From the NCBI GenBank assembly GCA_964057225.1, contig OZ059899.1, positions 5,890,001-5,954,000 on the forward strand: a stretch of DNA of 64,000 bases, in the 5' to 3' direction. Both the position numbers and the translations under genes were made by a program. Below, in pieces: positions 40,161 through 52,558 of the stretch (within the stretch, counting starts at the first letter, position 1; every line of letters begins with the position of its first letter). The notes beneath the pieces were generated by a model. That model did no database searches, had not been told where the DNA came from, and saw only the letters and a list, made by a program, of their open reading frames with translations. The stretch is from Auanema rhodensis. Taxonomy: Eukaryota > Animalia > Nematoda.

Positions 40161-42214
40161 TTAGCCTAGTTTGTTAATGTTTCTTTTCCTTTCTATGGCT
40201 TTCTCTGCTCTGTAGATTATTGCATCAATAAGTTGTGCAACGGTAAAAACTCCTCCAATTATAGCACAAAGTGAGACTATGAAACTAATTAATGATCTAA
40301 AAAACATCAGTCAAGTAACAAGAGAACTAATTGAAATATTACTTTTTTACTTCCTCCATATGAATCATTAAAGGGCTGAATTCATAAATAGCGAAAAATC
40401 CGGTAACTCCATCAAGAACTGAAAATAAAAGTAAACGAATTGTTTCGGAAAGTATGAGTAACAAACCCTTGGAGAGATCTTTTTTTTTTGATGTTATAGA
40501 AAATTGATGACTGTGCTCGATCGTACCATTAGTATAGTAGTACGAAGTTGGAACTATTTTCAAATAATATTGATACATAATTCCACCTAAATATTTAACG
40601 TTCAGATAATGCCGCCTAAAGATTATACAACAATTTCGGAATATGCCAAAGCACAAAAGGTTGACAATTATTTTTAATAGTTTTTATTTTTTATATTTCA
40701 AGGAGATGGGAAGCTGCTTGCCCGAATTTAGAGCAACGGTAATAAAGTCTTTGCAAGCTGGAGCTATTGTAGGAGTTCCTTTCGGATCATATGTTGCTTA
40801 TAGGTAGATTTTTCGTTTTCGTAGCATATGTGAACAACGATTAGATGATTTGCCAATTTTATTTCACTCTAGAATCTCGTAGATATTATTTTCTCAGTTG
40901 TATAGTTAGTGCTTTTACAGACAACATCGATTTCAGCCAAAAGCATTTTTTGGCAAATCATTAGCAACTTGGATAACATGTACAGTAGCTTTTGCATGCA
41001 TGGGATTGATGTCAGGAACTTATAATTGTTTGCGGGTTAAAATGTGATTGTAGTAATTGCTAGATTTTAGAAAATAAAATATATTACCTCTTCCTTCGTC
41101 AAAGAGTTTTGAATCCAAAGGATATGATTTTCCTGGGTAGTAATTTCCAAAAGAAAAGTGGTTGATAGTGTGAGAACAGTCAAACTTCGTAGGAACAAAC
41201 GAGTGTAAATCATGAACTAAGTGATCAAATGTTTACAATTTAAAAAGAAAATACAAACCATGGGAATGGAAGGTTCTATAAGGCTCTCCAGGAGCAATAT
41301 GAAAATTACCAGCAACCTTGAGTTACAAATATTAGAACTATACCATATAATAAAAACCTTTGCTACTTGAACAGTTCCATGAACTTGACAGCCTTCTCCT
41401 TTGTGCTCAGCATACATTTGAACCCAATAATCTTTCTATATTTAATATTTTAGTAAGAACAAATTCTCTTTATATACCTTGCATTGCTCTACTTCTTCTA
41501 AGTTCATCTGCCAGCCTTTCAACTGATATGCTTCTTTAACTTCATCGCATGTATTACAGCAACTGAAAAAATGAAAAAACCATCATAAAAAATGGTTATT
41601 TTTAAAATATCTGTACTTTCCGTCTGGAAGTGCTCCATAGCATGATCCACATCCTACCGTGGATGTTTCTGTGATTGCAGCAGTTTTATTAGTATTAGCT
41701 TCTGAAAGAGTTATTGAAAAAACTTAAAATATATCGAGCAGCGTTCTGACCTATTTTCTGTACATCCTCAGTAATATTTCTGCCTTCACTATCTAAACGA
41801 AGCTTGTAAATATCGTGCTGAATATTCTCCTGCGTTTCTCCACTAACATCCATTACATCTACTGTTACAACTAAAACAACGATGCATTACAGGTAAAAAT
41901 ACTTTTCCAAAATAACCCACAGGCACACGGAAGTTTATGGAAAGTTATATTAAAGTTTATATCAAGTCTAGTGTCTGAAGAAGTAGCATCTACATATAGG
42001 AATTCAGTGGTACTTGTAGTTAAGAAACTTCCAAACTCTGTTATGATTAGCAAACAAATAACAATCCCAGCAATTATTGTAACTAAACAAACATAATGCA
42101 TCAAGATATAATATTGGTTGTTTTACCTAATCCTCCACTGAAAGTTTTAACCCTAAAATCATCCATAGGCTTCGTATAAGCATCATATTCCCGCAACTTT
42201 GAAAAGATGCCCAT
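40161..42214 (-). CDS. erv-46: ERGIC3/Erv46 ER-Golgi cargo receptor
   Basis: MGIFSKLREYDAYTKPMDDFRVKTFSGGL; LDINFNITFHKLPC; CGSCYGA...CCNTCDEVKEAY; EGCQVHG...GNFHIAPG; MYQYYLKIVPT; YEFSPL; SLCAIIGGVFTVA; ends NKLG*. Confidence 0.93.
40706..41047 (+). CDS. 74-aa two-TM microprotein nested antisense in an ERGIC3 intron; exons 40706-40803 and 40921-41047
   Basis: MGSCLPEFRATVIKSLQAGAIVGVPFGSYVAYR|QHRFQPKAFFGKSLATWITCTVAFACMGLMSGTYNCLRVKM*. In-phase GT-AG intron, AATAAA near 41073, GxxxG-containing helices. Confidence 0.75.
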
Positions 42215-42382
42215 CACTTTAAGTTTTATATAATAATAGTATTATATTTAAAATTATGATATATATGGACTAAACCTTGACAAATATTTTAAAAATATGA
42301 GATCCAATATTTATCATAACAGGATCAAATGAGTATGATACAGAATATGTTACATGTGTAAGTATAAAAATATAATAATCGT

Positions 42383-42667
42383 TTAAGCAGTAGATGATCC
42401 ACGAGTATTTATCAAGCGCATTAAAGCTTCAACATTAGCTCCTGATTCCAAAGCCTGAAATTGAATGTAGATGAAATGACTAAACATTATAATCATACAG
42501 CTATTATGGCAGATAATTGATCCTCATTGAAAACCAGTTGTAAATTTCGAGCAATCTTAGATACACCTAATTGATGAATATTGTAAACTGTATAAATTCA
42601 AGTAAAATATATGCTTACTTCGCAAAATGTCAGGACTTACGCAGCTATTGTTATCTATTGATTTCAT
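42383..42667 (-). CDS. mzt-1: MOZART1 (gamma-tubulin complex microprotein), 3 exons, about 63 aa
   Basis: MKSIDNNSCVSPDILRS VSKIARNLQLVFNEDQLSAIIA|ALESGANVEALMRLINTRGSSTA* fits the MOZART1 pattern (I..L...L...L.....E.G.N.EAL). Absent from the ORF track. Confidence 0.7.
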
Positions 42668-43464
42668 AATTGAACAGTGTTAAAAAAACTAGATCGAAGT
42701 TGATCAGGCTGTGGGTCACTGCCGAATAAAGAGGCTTATAGATTGACGTTTATTCAAAAACAAATACGTAAAAATGGATATTTATTCATAAGAGTTTCTA
42801 AAGAGCTTTAATGCTGTATGAATGATTATTATTTCCAAATTTATTAAACTATTGTTATGGTTTCAATCTTGACGACAACAATAGGAATTCGCCCGTGTAA
42901 TCTGTTGTGATATTTTTTGCTTGATTAAGAAGAATGAATTACCTAGCGATTCGTTATTATTAACTGATAATATTTGAATTATCAAAATTTTGTAGATAAC
43001 CCCGAAATATTTATTTTTCGGAACTTTGCAAAGTAATTGCAATTAAAGGCTACGAACGTTTCAAACTATCATATGTAGAATTTGTTTGAAATAAGATTGT
43101 TCGACCTCAATTCAGTTCATACCCGTAACCCCTCTTTGTTTTTAAATCAAAGACTACAAAAGCTGATTTCCTGAATACATTAAACGAAGTTATGAAAGAA
43201 ATAATATTTTATCTTAATTTATATTAGCGCACTCTGTTTACACAATGCAGTGATATTCCATGCTATAACTCTGCCTTGTGCAAACTATGCTCTTGATAAG
43301 CAACTTTCAATTTTTTTTTGCATTTTGTATATAACGAAATCACATTATTTAATTTTAGGGTATTTCGTACAAACTGTCATTCAGATTTTTTGTTAACTCT
43401 CTAAAGGTTTATTGGTTTTGTGATTTTTGTGTTAGAAAATAATCTTTAGAGAGTGCTAAATTCA

Positions 43465-45467
43465 ATGACCAAGACAGAGAATCCAATTCAAAGCTCTGCT
43501 GAAGATGCTCTTCATTCTGTAGCTTCGGGTAAAATAACCAAAGACGAAGGAGACAAAGCTCAAAGGCCTCCTAGAATTAAGCTCCACAAATATGCCATGC
43601 TTTTGTCTTATCAAGGCAAAGAATACTTTGGAATGCAGGTTTCAAAATTAAAGGTTTCTTTAAAAAAATACTTACCTGCTTACATATCAGATCCAAAAAG
43701 ATAAACCTACAATTGAGGGTCATTTACTTGATAATATGTTAAAGTTAGGATGGATAACTGAACAACAACGTCAAACTCCTAATCTTTTCCATTTCCAGGT
43801 ATACAGTATTTTATTCGTAGTTTTATACCTTTTTTTAGAGAGCGGCTAGAACAGATAAAGCTGTTTCAGCAGTACGTCAGGTAATTTGTTTCAATACTTC
43901 CTTTTGGAATACCATATTTCTAGATTTGTGGTATGCAATTGCCATCTTATATAGATTACAAAGAGGGAACCAATAAGCTTAATGAAGTCATGCCAAATGA
44001 TATTCGTGTCGTAGGTATGCCAGAACAAGTTCGAGATATCTGTTTATTACAATTGTTCAGCTATTAAAAGAGCCACAAATCAATTTCATCCTCAAAAATA
44101 CTGTGATGCTAGAACTTATAGTTATACGCTTCCAACTTTTTCATTTGCTAAACCTACCCAGGTACGGCTCCTAATTCAGGAGTATTTAAATATATTATCT
44201 GAATATTTAGTTAACTAATACCGCTTTCCGGATAACACCTGAAACAATCGAGGAGATAAACTCTCTTTTAGATATCTATATAGGAACTCATAATTTTTTT
44301 AATTATACTTCTCGTCGGTTTGTATTTTTATCCAAAGTATTCAGTATTTGAACAATATTTTAAGGGAGTTTGATGACAAAAGTTGTTTCCGTTATATTAC
44401 TCATTTTAAGTGCGGGGAACCTTTCCTATATAAGTAAGTAATGAAGTTTTTGAATCTTCCTATATTTATGATCACAGAGATACTCTAAGAAATGAAGATG
44501 TTGAATTCATAACTATAACTGTTAAAGGTCAATCATTCATTCTCCATCAGATTCGAAAAATGATAGGTATTAGTGAAAAATGAATTAAAATGAGTTATAT
44601 ATTTATAATAATTCAGGTATGGTCATAACCATTGTTCGGGAGTTGCAACTCAAATCATACATTCAGAGATCTTTCGAAGGTCAAAGAGTAAGTTAGATAT
44701 TCATTATTGATAAATTTGCTTTATATTCTTTAGGTGGACGTACCTAAGGCTCCTGGTTTGGGGTTATTGCTGGAGCGTGTGCATTATGATAATTATGACA
44801 GAAAGTAGTATACGTAAAGTTCTTTTATTTAATATTTTGTATATTGAAGGCATGAAAAAACTCATGAACCTTTATCATATTGGGGCGACGATATAGAGGC
44901 TCAAGTGGAGAAAATTAAATTTGAACTGATTACTAAAGATATATTGGATACAGAATTGAGAACTCAATCGTAAGTTTTTTTATTTGTGTTCTCGTCAAGA
45001 TCGTGAATTATGAGTGTACTTGAGTTTTAAACAGTTTTTTAAATTTCGTTGTAATTGAAACGAAAAGTAGCGTAAAGTTCTCATTGAGATGATATTCTAA
45101 TTTTTTATGATGTAAACCTTTTAATTAATTTTCGTTCGGTTATGAAACAATTTCTTCAAAAATTTCAGAATGTTTCAATGGTTATCAGATCTAGTTCACC
45201 ATGATTTTTCATGCGACCCTGAATCGGATGAGACTCCAAAAAAATCCTTTTTAACCATGGCTGTAGGAAAAGCTGAGGTCAGTTTCAACTTAATTTTCCC
45301 ATTGCTAATTTCTCTTGCAGGAAGATCCAAAGCAGGCTATCAATGCATCATCTGATAACAATTCTGAATTAGAAGAAAAAGAAAAATCACAGCTAGTCGA
45401 TGAAAACCCACAGATTGAAAGTAAACCGCTTCAGGATAATACTACGTCCGAAGCTGGGAAAGCTTAA
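43465..45467 (+). CDS. pus-1: tRNA pseudouridine synthase PUS1 (TruA family); the true start may be further upstream
   Basis: KYAMLLSYQGKEYFGMQ; catalytic RAARTDKAVSAVRQ; CDARTYSYTLPT; YIGTHNFFNYT; VKGQSFILHQIRKMIG; VPKAPGLGLLLE. Confidence 0.93.
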
Positions 45468-45888
45468 ATTGATAAGCTTTCAATTTCTTGTTTTGTTTTG
45501 TTCATTGTTATTATTTTTTGTTAAACTAGTGTAATTCTTAAATGATGAAATATTAAATTCTAACTATAAATCAAAATCTCCTACGTAAGTGAAAGGTAAC
45601 TGCAAATCGTAATGATGTGAAGAAAATAGAAAAGTACTAAAGTTCGTGAAAGTTCACGTAACTACAAGTTACAATTGGTAGTATGATGTGAAAGTTCACG
45701 CGTCTAAGACATATGACTGGTACTATGACGTGAAAGTTCACGTTGTTATGACATGCACAACTGAAATTTTCTGCAGATGTTAAATTATCGTAATATGTTT
45801 TGTTTTTTTTAGTGAACAAGCAAGTAGTTTATCTGATCTTTAATCTAACGTGAAGTACAAGTTTAATTTCACCCTAATGTGAATCTAA

Positions 45889-47073
45889 CTAAGCCGAGGG
45901 CTTCATTCCGTAATTGTCAATTGTGCTTGGTTCATCTTCAACTGCAGTTGTCTTGGAATCATCAAGTAGTTTCACCATATTACCATTACTGTTATCACCA
46001 GAATATCCAGAGTCCTATTCATATTTTTTTAAGAAAAAAAAGAAAAAAGAAAAAAACTTCAATATCCCCGTATCCATATGGTCTAGGGAAATCACTTTGA
46101 ATATTTGGAGAATCACTTTGTACGGTACCAGTGGAAGATTTTTCTGTTTTAGATTTCACACGACCATCAACCTTATCGCAATAAGGGATGGAAGATTTAC
46201 AAGCGTTACAAGAGAATCCTCTGATCTAAACGTTTTGAAATAAATGTAGTTTCTACAATTATGAACAAACTCTCAAATAGTTATGTTCCGAAGAGTCTTT
46301 GTATTTTAAAGGATTAAGTGAAGTTGTCCTAAATTATAAATGATACAAATATAAATAAAAAAAGAATCTTTACTGATCGAGATATGAATAAATTTCTCCA
46401 TCGGATAATCGTTTGATTGAGCTGGTTTCAGTAAGAAGAATGATAGTATCACAATAACCACCTTAAATTTGTTTAAAAGAAGATAATTTGGCAAATAATT
46501 ATAAATTACACTACCTTCACAGTATGGAGTAGTATAGAATACTACGTATTCTGAGAAAGCTGTATATAATTCTCCGTTAACAGCTTCAATACAGAGTTCA
46601 GTGGAATTGTCGCAACCAAACATTCCAATAATAGTATTAACAGGATTTCCAGGCTGTCATTTACAGTAAAGTTCGAGGAGAAAATCAAGTTTATAAATTT
46701 ACCATTATATCAAGCTCAGATAGTTTAACATCAACTCCAGCATTTATAGCTAAGTAATTGTATTGAGTTCCGGTTGTGCAAGTTTTGCATGAACCTTAAA
46801 CGAGAAACTTTAATATTATAATATAATTCAATTAAAATATTACTTTTCATTGGAGGTATGAAACCATAGACATCACTTTCTAATACTTTTCCTTTTTCAT
46901 AGAAGAAAGTAGCACTCTCCTCATCCGATCGGCAAATTTGTGTATCTGGTTCTGGTAGAGCCTTAAACAATATAAGGTTATTACAGGAATATATTCAAAA
47001 ACTTAACTACTTTTTCAGCTTCTTCACAATAAGTTAAAGAAAATAATATAGAGATATAGAATATAAGATACAT
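45889..47073 (-). CDS. Secreted cysteine-containing protein of unknown function (about 290 aa, 8 exons)
   Basis: MYLIFYISILFSLTYC-EEAEK|ALPEPDTQICRSD...|SSCKTCTTG...|...MFGCDNSTELC...TPYCEGGYCDT...|IRGFSCNACKSSIPYC...|...YGMKPSA*. All exons are in phase. Confidence 0.75.
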
Positions 47074-47526
47074 TTTGGTTAAGTATAAATGTTTGTTTTG
47101 TTTGTTTTAGCTAATGAATGGGCTATTAGTTTAAAATATATTTTATTATTTCATATAACTATATTGAAAGTTTAACTATACCATGTTTATATATATACAA
47201 ATTGTTGGTAATACTTTGACCTCTTTTCTAAACTGTTTTGATAAGAAAATGTTTTGAAATAATTCATCTTTTTTTGGAAAGTTAAATGATTTATTATCAA
47301 GTTATTTGCAATGAAATCGAAAATATCAAAGAAGATAATCAGCTCAGCACCTAAGGTATCAGGTTCATATATGGCTATTATAACCATAATCAATTTATAA
47401 CACTATGCATGATAATCTAAATATAAGAAAAAACGGAGTAGTTTGAAGAGGATGGCCTCTCGACGTCAGCGCTGCAATATTCATTCGTCTTCATCGTCTT
47501 ATTTCATATTTGTAATCTAGTCGTCA

Positions 47527-48938
47527 TTAATGTTTTGGAATGATTTGTGCATCTTCTTCAGCAAAGTCCATTAAAGCATGCGCCTTAGAAGAAATATAAT
47601 CATATTTTTGGATACAATTACAAGTTTATCTAACCTTCGGTATAACTTTATATACTGTTATTTCAGTTGGTATAATAATCTTTGTGATGATTGCTGGACC
47701 TTTAACCTGAAGAATAATCATTGTGATGAAAAAAAATAAATAGAAGGGATTCTTACGTTTACATTCTGCTTCTGATTTGCTGATTGATTCGCTGTTTGTT
47801 TCTGAAAATATCAACGTATACTAAATACTTCCACTTTTTCATCATATACCGATGTTGTCGCTTTTGGTTTAGCAGTTGTATTTGTGGTTACTCCTTTCTT
47901 TGTTGTAGTATTTCCTTTTTTTGTAGTCGCTACAGGCTTTTTCGTAGTAGCTACAGGCTTTTTCGTAGTAGCTACAGGCTTTCTCGTAGTAGCTACAGGC
48001 TTTCTCGTAGTTACTACAGGCTTTATGGTAGTAGCTACAGTTTTTCTCGTAGTTACTATAGGCTTTCTCGTAGTTACTATAGGCTTTCTCGTAGTTACTA
48101 TAGGCCTTCTCGTAGTTACTACAGGCTTTACGGTAGTAGTTACAGGCTTTCTCGTAGTTACTATAGGCCTTCTCGTAGTTATTACAGGCTTTACGGTAGT
48201 AGTTACAGGCTTTCTCGTAGTTACTATAGGCCTTCTCGTAATTATTACTGGCTTTCTTGTAGTAGTATTAGGTAGCTTAGTGGTTCGTAGAGTTGTACCT
48301 ACAGTACGTTTTGTTGTAGTATAAACAGGCATTCTTGTGGGTGGAGCCTTTGTAGCTGGAGGAGCTCGAGTCCGTACAGTAGTAGTTACTGGAGCTTTTG
48401 TTCTGATTGACGTAGTTCTAATCGTCATAGGAGCTTTCGTAGTACGACGAGTTGTAGGTTGTGGCCGAGTATATGGATTAGGTCGCGTAGTTCGAGAAGG
48501 TGTTGTTCGTCTAGTAGTCGTTTTCATGGTAGTTGTTCTTGCAGTTGTGACTCTTTTCGTAGTTGTTTTCTGAGCTTTTTTCGTGGTAACACGAGGTTTC
48601 GGAGTTGGCCGAGTGAATCGCTTGTTATCAAAAAATAATGCATTAGCAGAATCTTGTGCAATATTCTGAATATTATGTGTTTAGTATTAGTTTAAAATAA
48701 GAAAAGCCTACATACCAATTGGCTATTCTCAGTATTTTCAATATTTTTTTGATAATCTGTCTGGGAATCGGAAATCCAGCTTAAAAAGAAATATAAAAAT
48801 ATATAAGAATCAATTAATAACTCACCGATTTATCCGCTGATGAGCTGTGCCTTGTCGAAGATTATAAAGATTTATTCTTCGTTCTTCGGCTGAATGAGCT
48901 GAGAGGCTTGGTACAAGATATACTAGAAGAAGGAACAT
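47527..48938 (-). CDS. Secreted cationic Thr/Lys/Arg/Pro/Val-rich mucin-like protein A
   Basis: MFLLLVYLVPSLSA signal; long exon of TTRKPV(V/A/I) heptads; C-terminal exons KQTANQSANQKQNVN|VKGPAIITKIIIP...|AHALMDFAEEDAQIIPKH*. Confidence 0.8.
47905..48265 (-). repeat. Coding 21-bp tandem repeat (TTRKPVx heptad), about 16 copies
   Basis: Repeated ttctcgtagttacta(c/t)aggct units. Confidence 0.9.
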
Positions 48939-50089
48939 AAATGCACTGACCATTCTGCTTCAGAATGGTTTCGAAGCTGTTGCAACGGATTTGATGAACG
49001 GTACACCTTGTTTCAAACGTGAAGTAGCTGTAGATACTAATAATGTTGAGCACTATCCCTGGAAGCTGCCTACGTCAATGTGACATCGACCTCAAATGAC
49101 CTTAGAGGCTTGACATTGATAGCTAATTAAGCTTAATAATCCTTGACCCAATAACTGAACTGCCATAGAACTTCCTATTTTAAAACTTAAAACTTTTATT
49201 TGCAATTGTCAGATAGTAAGAATCACGATGGAGCAAAAAATTACATAAGTATTAAGTATTGCTATCGGTTAGTTGACATTATCAATTAATGCCATCATAC
49301 AAGTTTTACGCAATGTTTTACTAAAATAGCATCAAATTTCAAATAGTATTTTATTATTAATAATAGTATTAAGAAGAAAATTGATAAATACACAAAAAAC
49401 TAAATGAATTAGATATTATTACAGTTGTTATCACAATTTGAACGTATAATTATCTAAGTTTATATAATAGTTTAAGAATATAAATTCATTAAGATATAAA
49501 ATAGTATTGACAAGAATATATTAACAACCTTGATGTTGATATAGAATGATGTTGATCTTAATGTTAATTTCATATAATCATTAATCAGTATTTTAAAGAT
49601 AATTATATTTTCATAATTTATATAAGAAAACATTAAATAATATTTATTTAATAAACAATAATATTATATAATTATATTAAAAATTGTTTAATATTTTAAA
49701 CTTTTTAAATGATAACAATAATTTGTATTATTATCTTTATTTAGAATATTATAATAAAAATAATAAAAATTAACATAAATTCTTATTAATAAACATAAGT
49801 TTTCTTTACAAATTATAAATAAATAAATCTTAATACATTTAAAAATAAAAACATTATACATGTATTGTTTAAATGTCAATATGATATCGGCAAATGAATG
49901 ACATAATCGCTAATAAGATATAAAGTTAAAAACTGTTTCGGAGTTTCCTTTTCTGCGGATCAGATGTTGTAGTTGAAAAATGATATTTACAAACTATTTA
50001 TTTTCAATACAGTTTTACAATCTAATGATATAACTAACTAGTTACATCTAAGTATAATCGGCTCATAAATTAAAGTTTCATAGAAATAC

Positions 50090-51688
50090 TTAAGGATTAG
50101 GATCAGCTTTTTCATATTCGAAGAATTGAGCAGCCACAGCTTGTGCAATCTGAAAATTAATTTTATTAAAATTATTAAAATAATAATTGATTTTCAGAAT
50201 TACCATTTCGGCTGGTTGATCATCATCGATGAAAACATTTATAATACGGGCAGCCTGAAAAATGTTTATGTGAATAATTCTCAAATATTATTAAAATACC
50301 TTAATATAAGTTTCGTGAACTCCGTTATCCACATCTACATTTTGCTCCTGACCGACATTCTGGTTGGCGGTTTGTGAGTTGCCACCTTTTCGGGTTGTAG
50401 CTACAGGCTTTTTCGTAGTAGCTACAGGCTTTCTTGTTGTAGCTACAGGCTTTTTCGTAGTAGCCACAGGCTTTCTTGTTGTAGGCACTGAGTAAGTTTT
50501 TGTTGCAACAGTTTTACGAGTTGTTGCAACAGGCTTTCTAGTTGTTGTGACAACAGCTTTTCTAGTTGTTGTTCGTCTTGTAGTAGCTATCGGCCTTGCT
50601 GTAGCTCTAGTAGTTGCAACTTTTTTGGTGGTCTGACGAGCGAAAAATTGTGATTCAAAGTCTGAATCCATGATTTCGTTGTTCATCGTATTTCTGTAAT
50701 ATTTGGTTATAATTTTACAATATTGTTTGTTTTGTATAAGAAGTTTCAATTATTCCCTTCCCTGCTATTGTATTTAAATTAATATAATAAAATTAATTTT
50801 TTATAATTAGTAATTTAGGAAATAATATTTAAAATATTTATTATGTGTTGTGTAAGAATTCTACGTTAAAATGTTAAATAATTTTAAAAAATGAGTTAAT
50901 GCCGGTGATACCTACGATGACGGCGAAGAGAATTTCCTTGAACTTCCTAAATTTTTGTTTTTATATTATAACATTTGAAGACTTATCAAACCTCTTCTTG
51001 AATTGCTAGCTCAAAATCTACTTGCCAATCTGGCTTTGGAATGTGAACACCCACAGGCATATCATTTGAAACTTTGAAGAAAGTGTTAGAGAAAGTTTTC
51101 CAGAGATCAACCAAACTAAACATTTTTTCAATAAATTCTCCAATAAATTTAATAAAAATATATTTACCTATTGAAAAGTCTAATTGTTTGTTTACTGGTG
51201 ATAATTTTAACAATGTTATTGAGAGTAGAAGCAAAATCATGTTGGACACCTTGTGGTGCTTGTCCAATAGATTCTTTCCATTCAACTTGAATTTGATCTA
51301 AGCGTGAAGCATACCTTTAAAATTATTTTTTTTCAATAAAATAAATAAATAAACGACTGAATTCTCACTCAATGTCCTTTGGGGTTGTTCCATAGTTGTT
51401 GTGACGAACATACTCTTTGAATACTTCGAAGACTTGGTCGAACTGCTCAAATACTTCAGGTTTCATTTCTTCAGAATATTTCAATTGATCTTCTCCCATG
51501 CCATAACCAGAAGGTATGGCTTCTGGTACCATATTCTTTTCAGCCTGAAGATTAATACAAAATAATTTAATATAATACATGTGAATGACTACCTCTTCAT
51601 AACCAGCTTGTGAAGTTTCAATAGCTGGTCCATCATATTGGCATTGAGCCAGAGCAACCATACATATTATCATTAAGAATGACGGCAT
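50090..51688 (-). CDS. Secreted prepro-protein B: acidic pro-region, RRHRR site, cationic TTRKPVA mucin region; paralog of A
   Basis: MPSFLMIICMVALAQC signal; exons join in phase through ...ELAIQEE|EVQGNSLRRHRR|NTMNNE...TTRKPVATTKKPVA...SQTANQNVGQEQNV...YIK|AARIINVFIDDDQPAEM|IAQAVAAQFFEYEKADPNP*. Confidence 0.78.
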
Positions 51689-52558
51689 AGTTCCTTAATT
51701 ATGATATATATCACCATAATTTTTTTATTGAAACATCATTTAGAAGTATATTTGTTTGGATTTTAAAAATTAAAATAAAGTTACTAGTAATGACTAACAA
51801 AGATCGTTAGTATCTTACCTATTATGAGGTTACAATTTTTATATTTATATATTAGTCAGCTAGTTTTTTTAGTTTTTAAAGAAGTTTTATCCAATAAAGT
51901 CAAGGTTAATATTGATGGAGTTGGTGTAAATCAGATTGACCTTATTGCTGCTACTTATACATGAATTGATTAAAATAAAAGAGAATAGTAATGATATATT
52001 GATAATACCTACTATCCTAATTATATCTTGTTGAACCATTATAACTAAATTTGGGTTATTCTATGATTAATGAACATGTCATATAAAACTTTATTTAAAG
52101 AGTTATTATTAATTAATAATAATATATTATTATTATTATAATAAATATAATATGCATGATCAATCGATATGAAAAGCTTCAAATTACCAGTACAAGTTAC
52201 CAAAAAAAACTTATCAATAAGCGGAAGAATTTTTACACCAAAAATAAAAGGTATTTGATGATCAAAACTCGATTTGTCATACAAATATATAAGAAACTTA
52301 TTATTATAATATCTAAATTGTTCTAGTTAATAGTTAAAAAAGATCTGATTAATAGAACTATTTGTACCGGATCAAGCTTCCAATTCCTATATATGGCATA
52401 TGTGAACGGCATTGTTTGTATATTTTTAGAACATAATTAATATAAAATATAAATAAACATTTATTAATTATTACTATATAAATAGTCCAATAATTTTAAT
52501 ATTAATACATTATAACATATGAAATATCTTAGTGTCTATAATTTATATTCAACTAGAA

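Noticed and set aside
47784-48573. Plus-strand SYRLSR and VVATGF repeat ORFs
   Set aside because: Antisense readings of the 21-bp TTRKPV repeat. The minus frame has a signal peptide, in-phase exons and a paralog.
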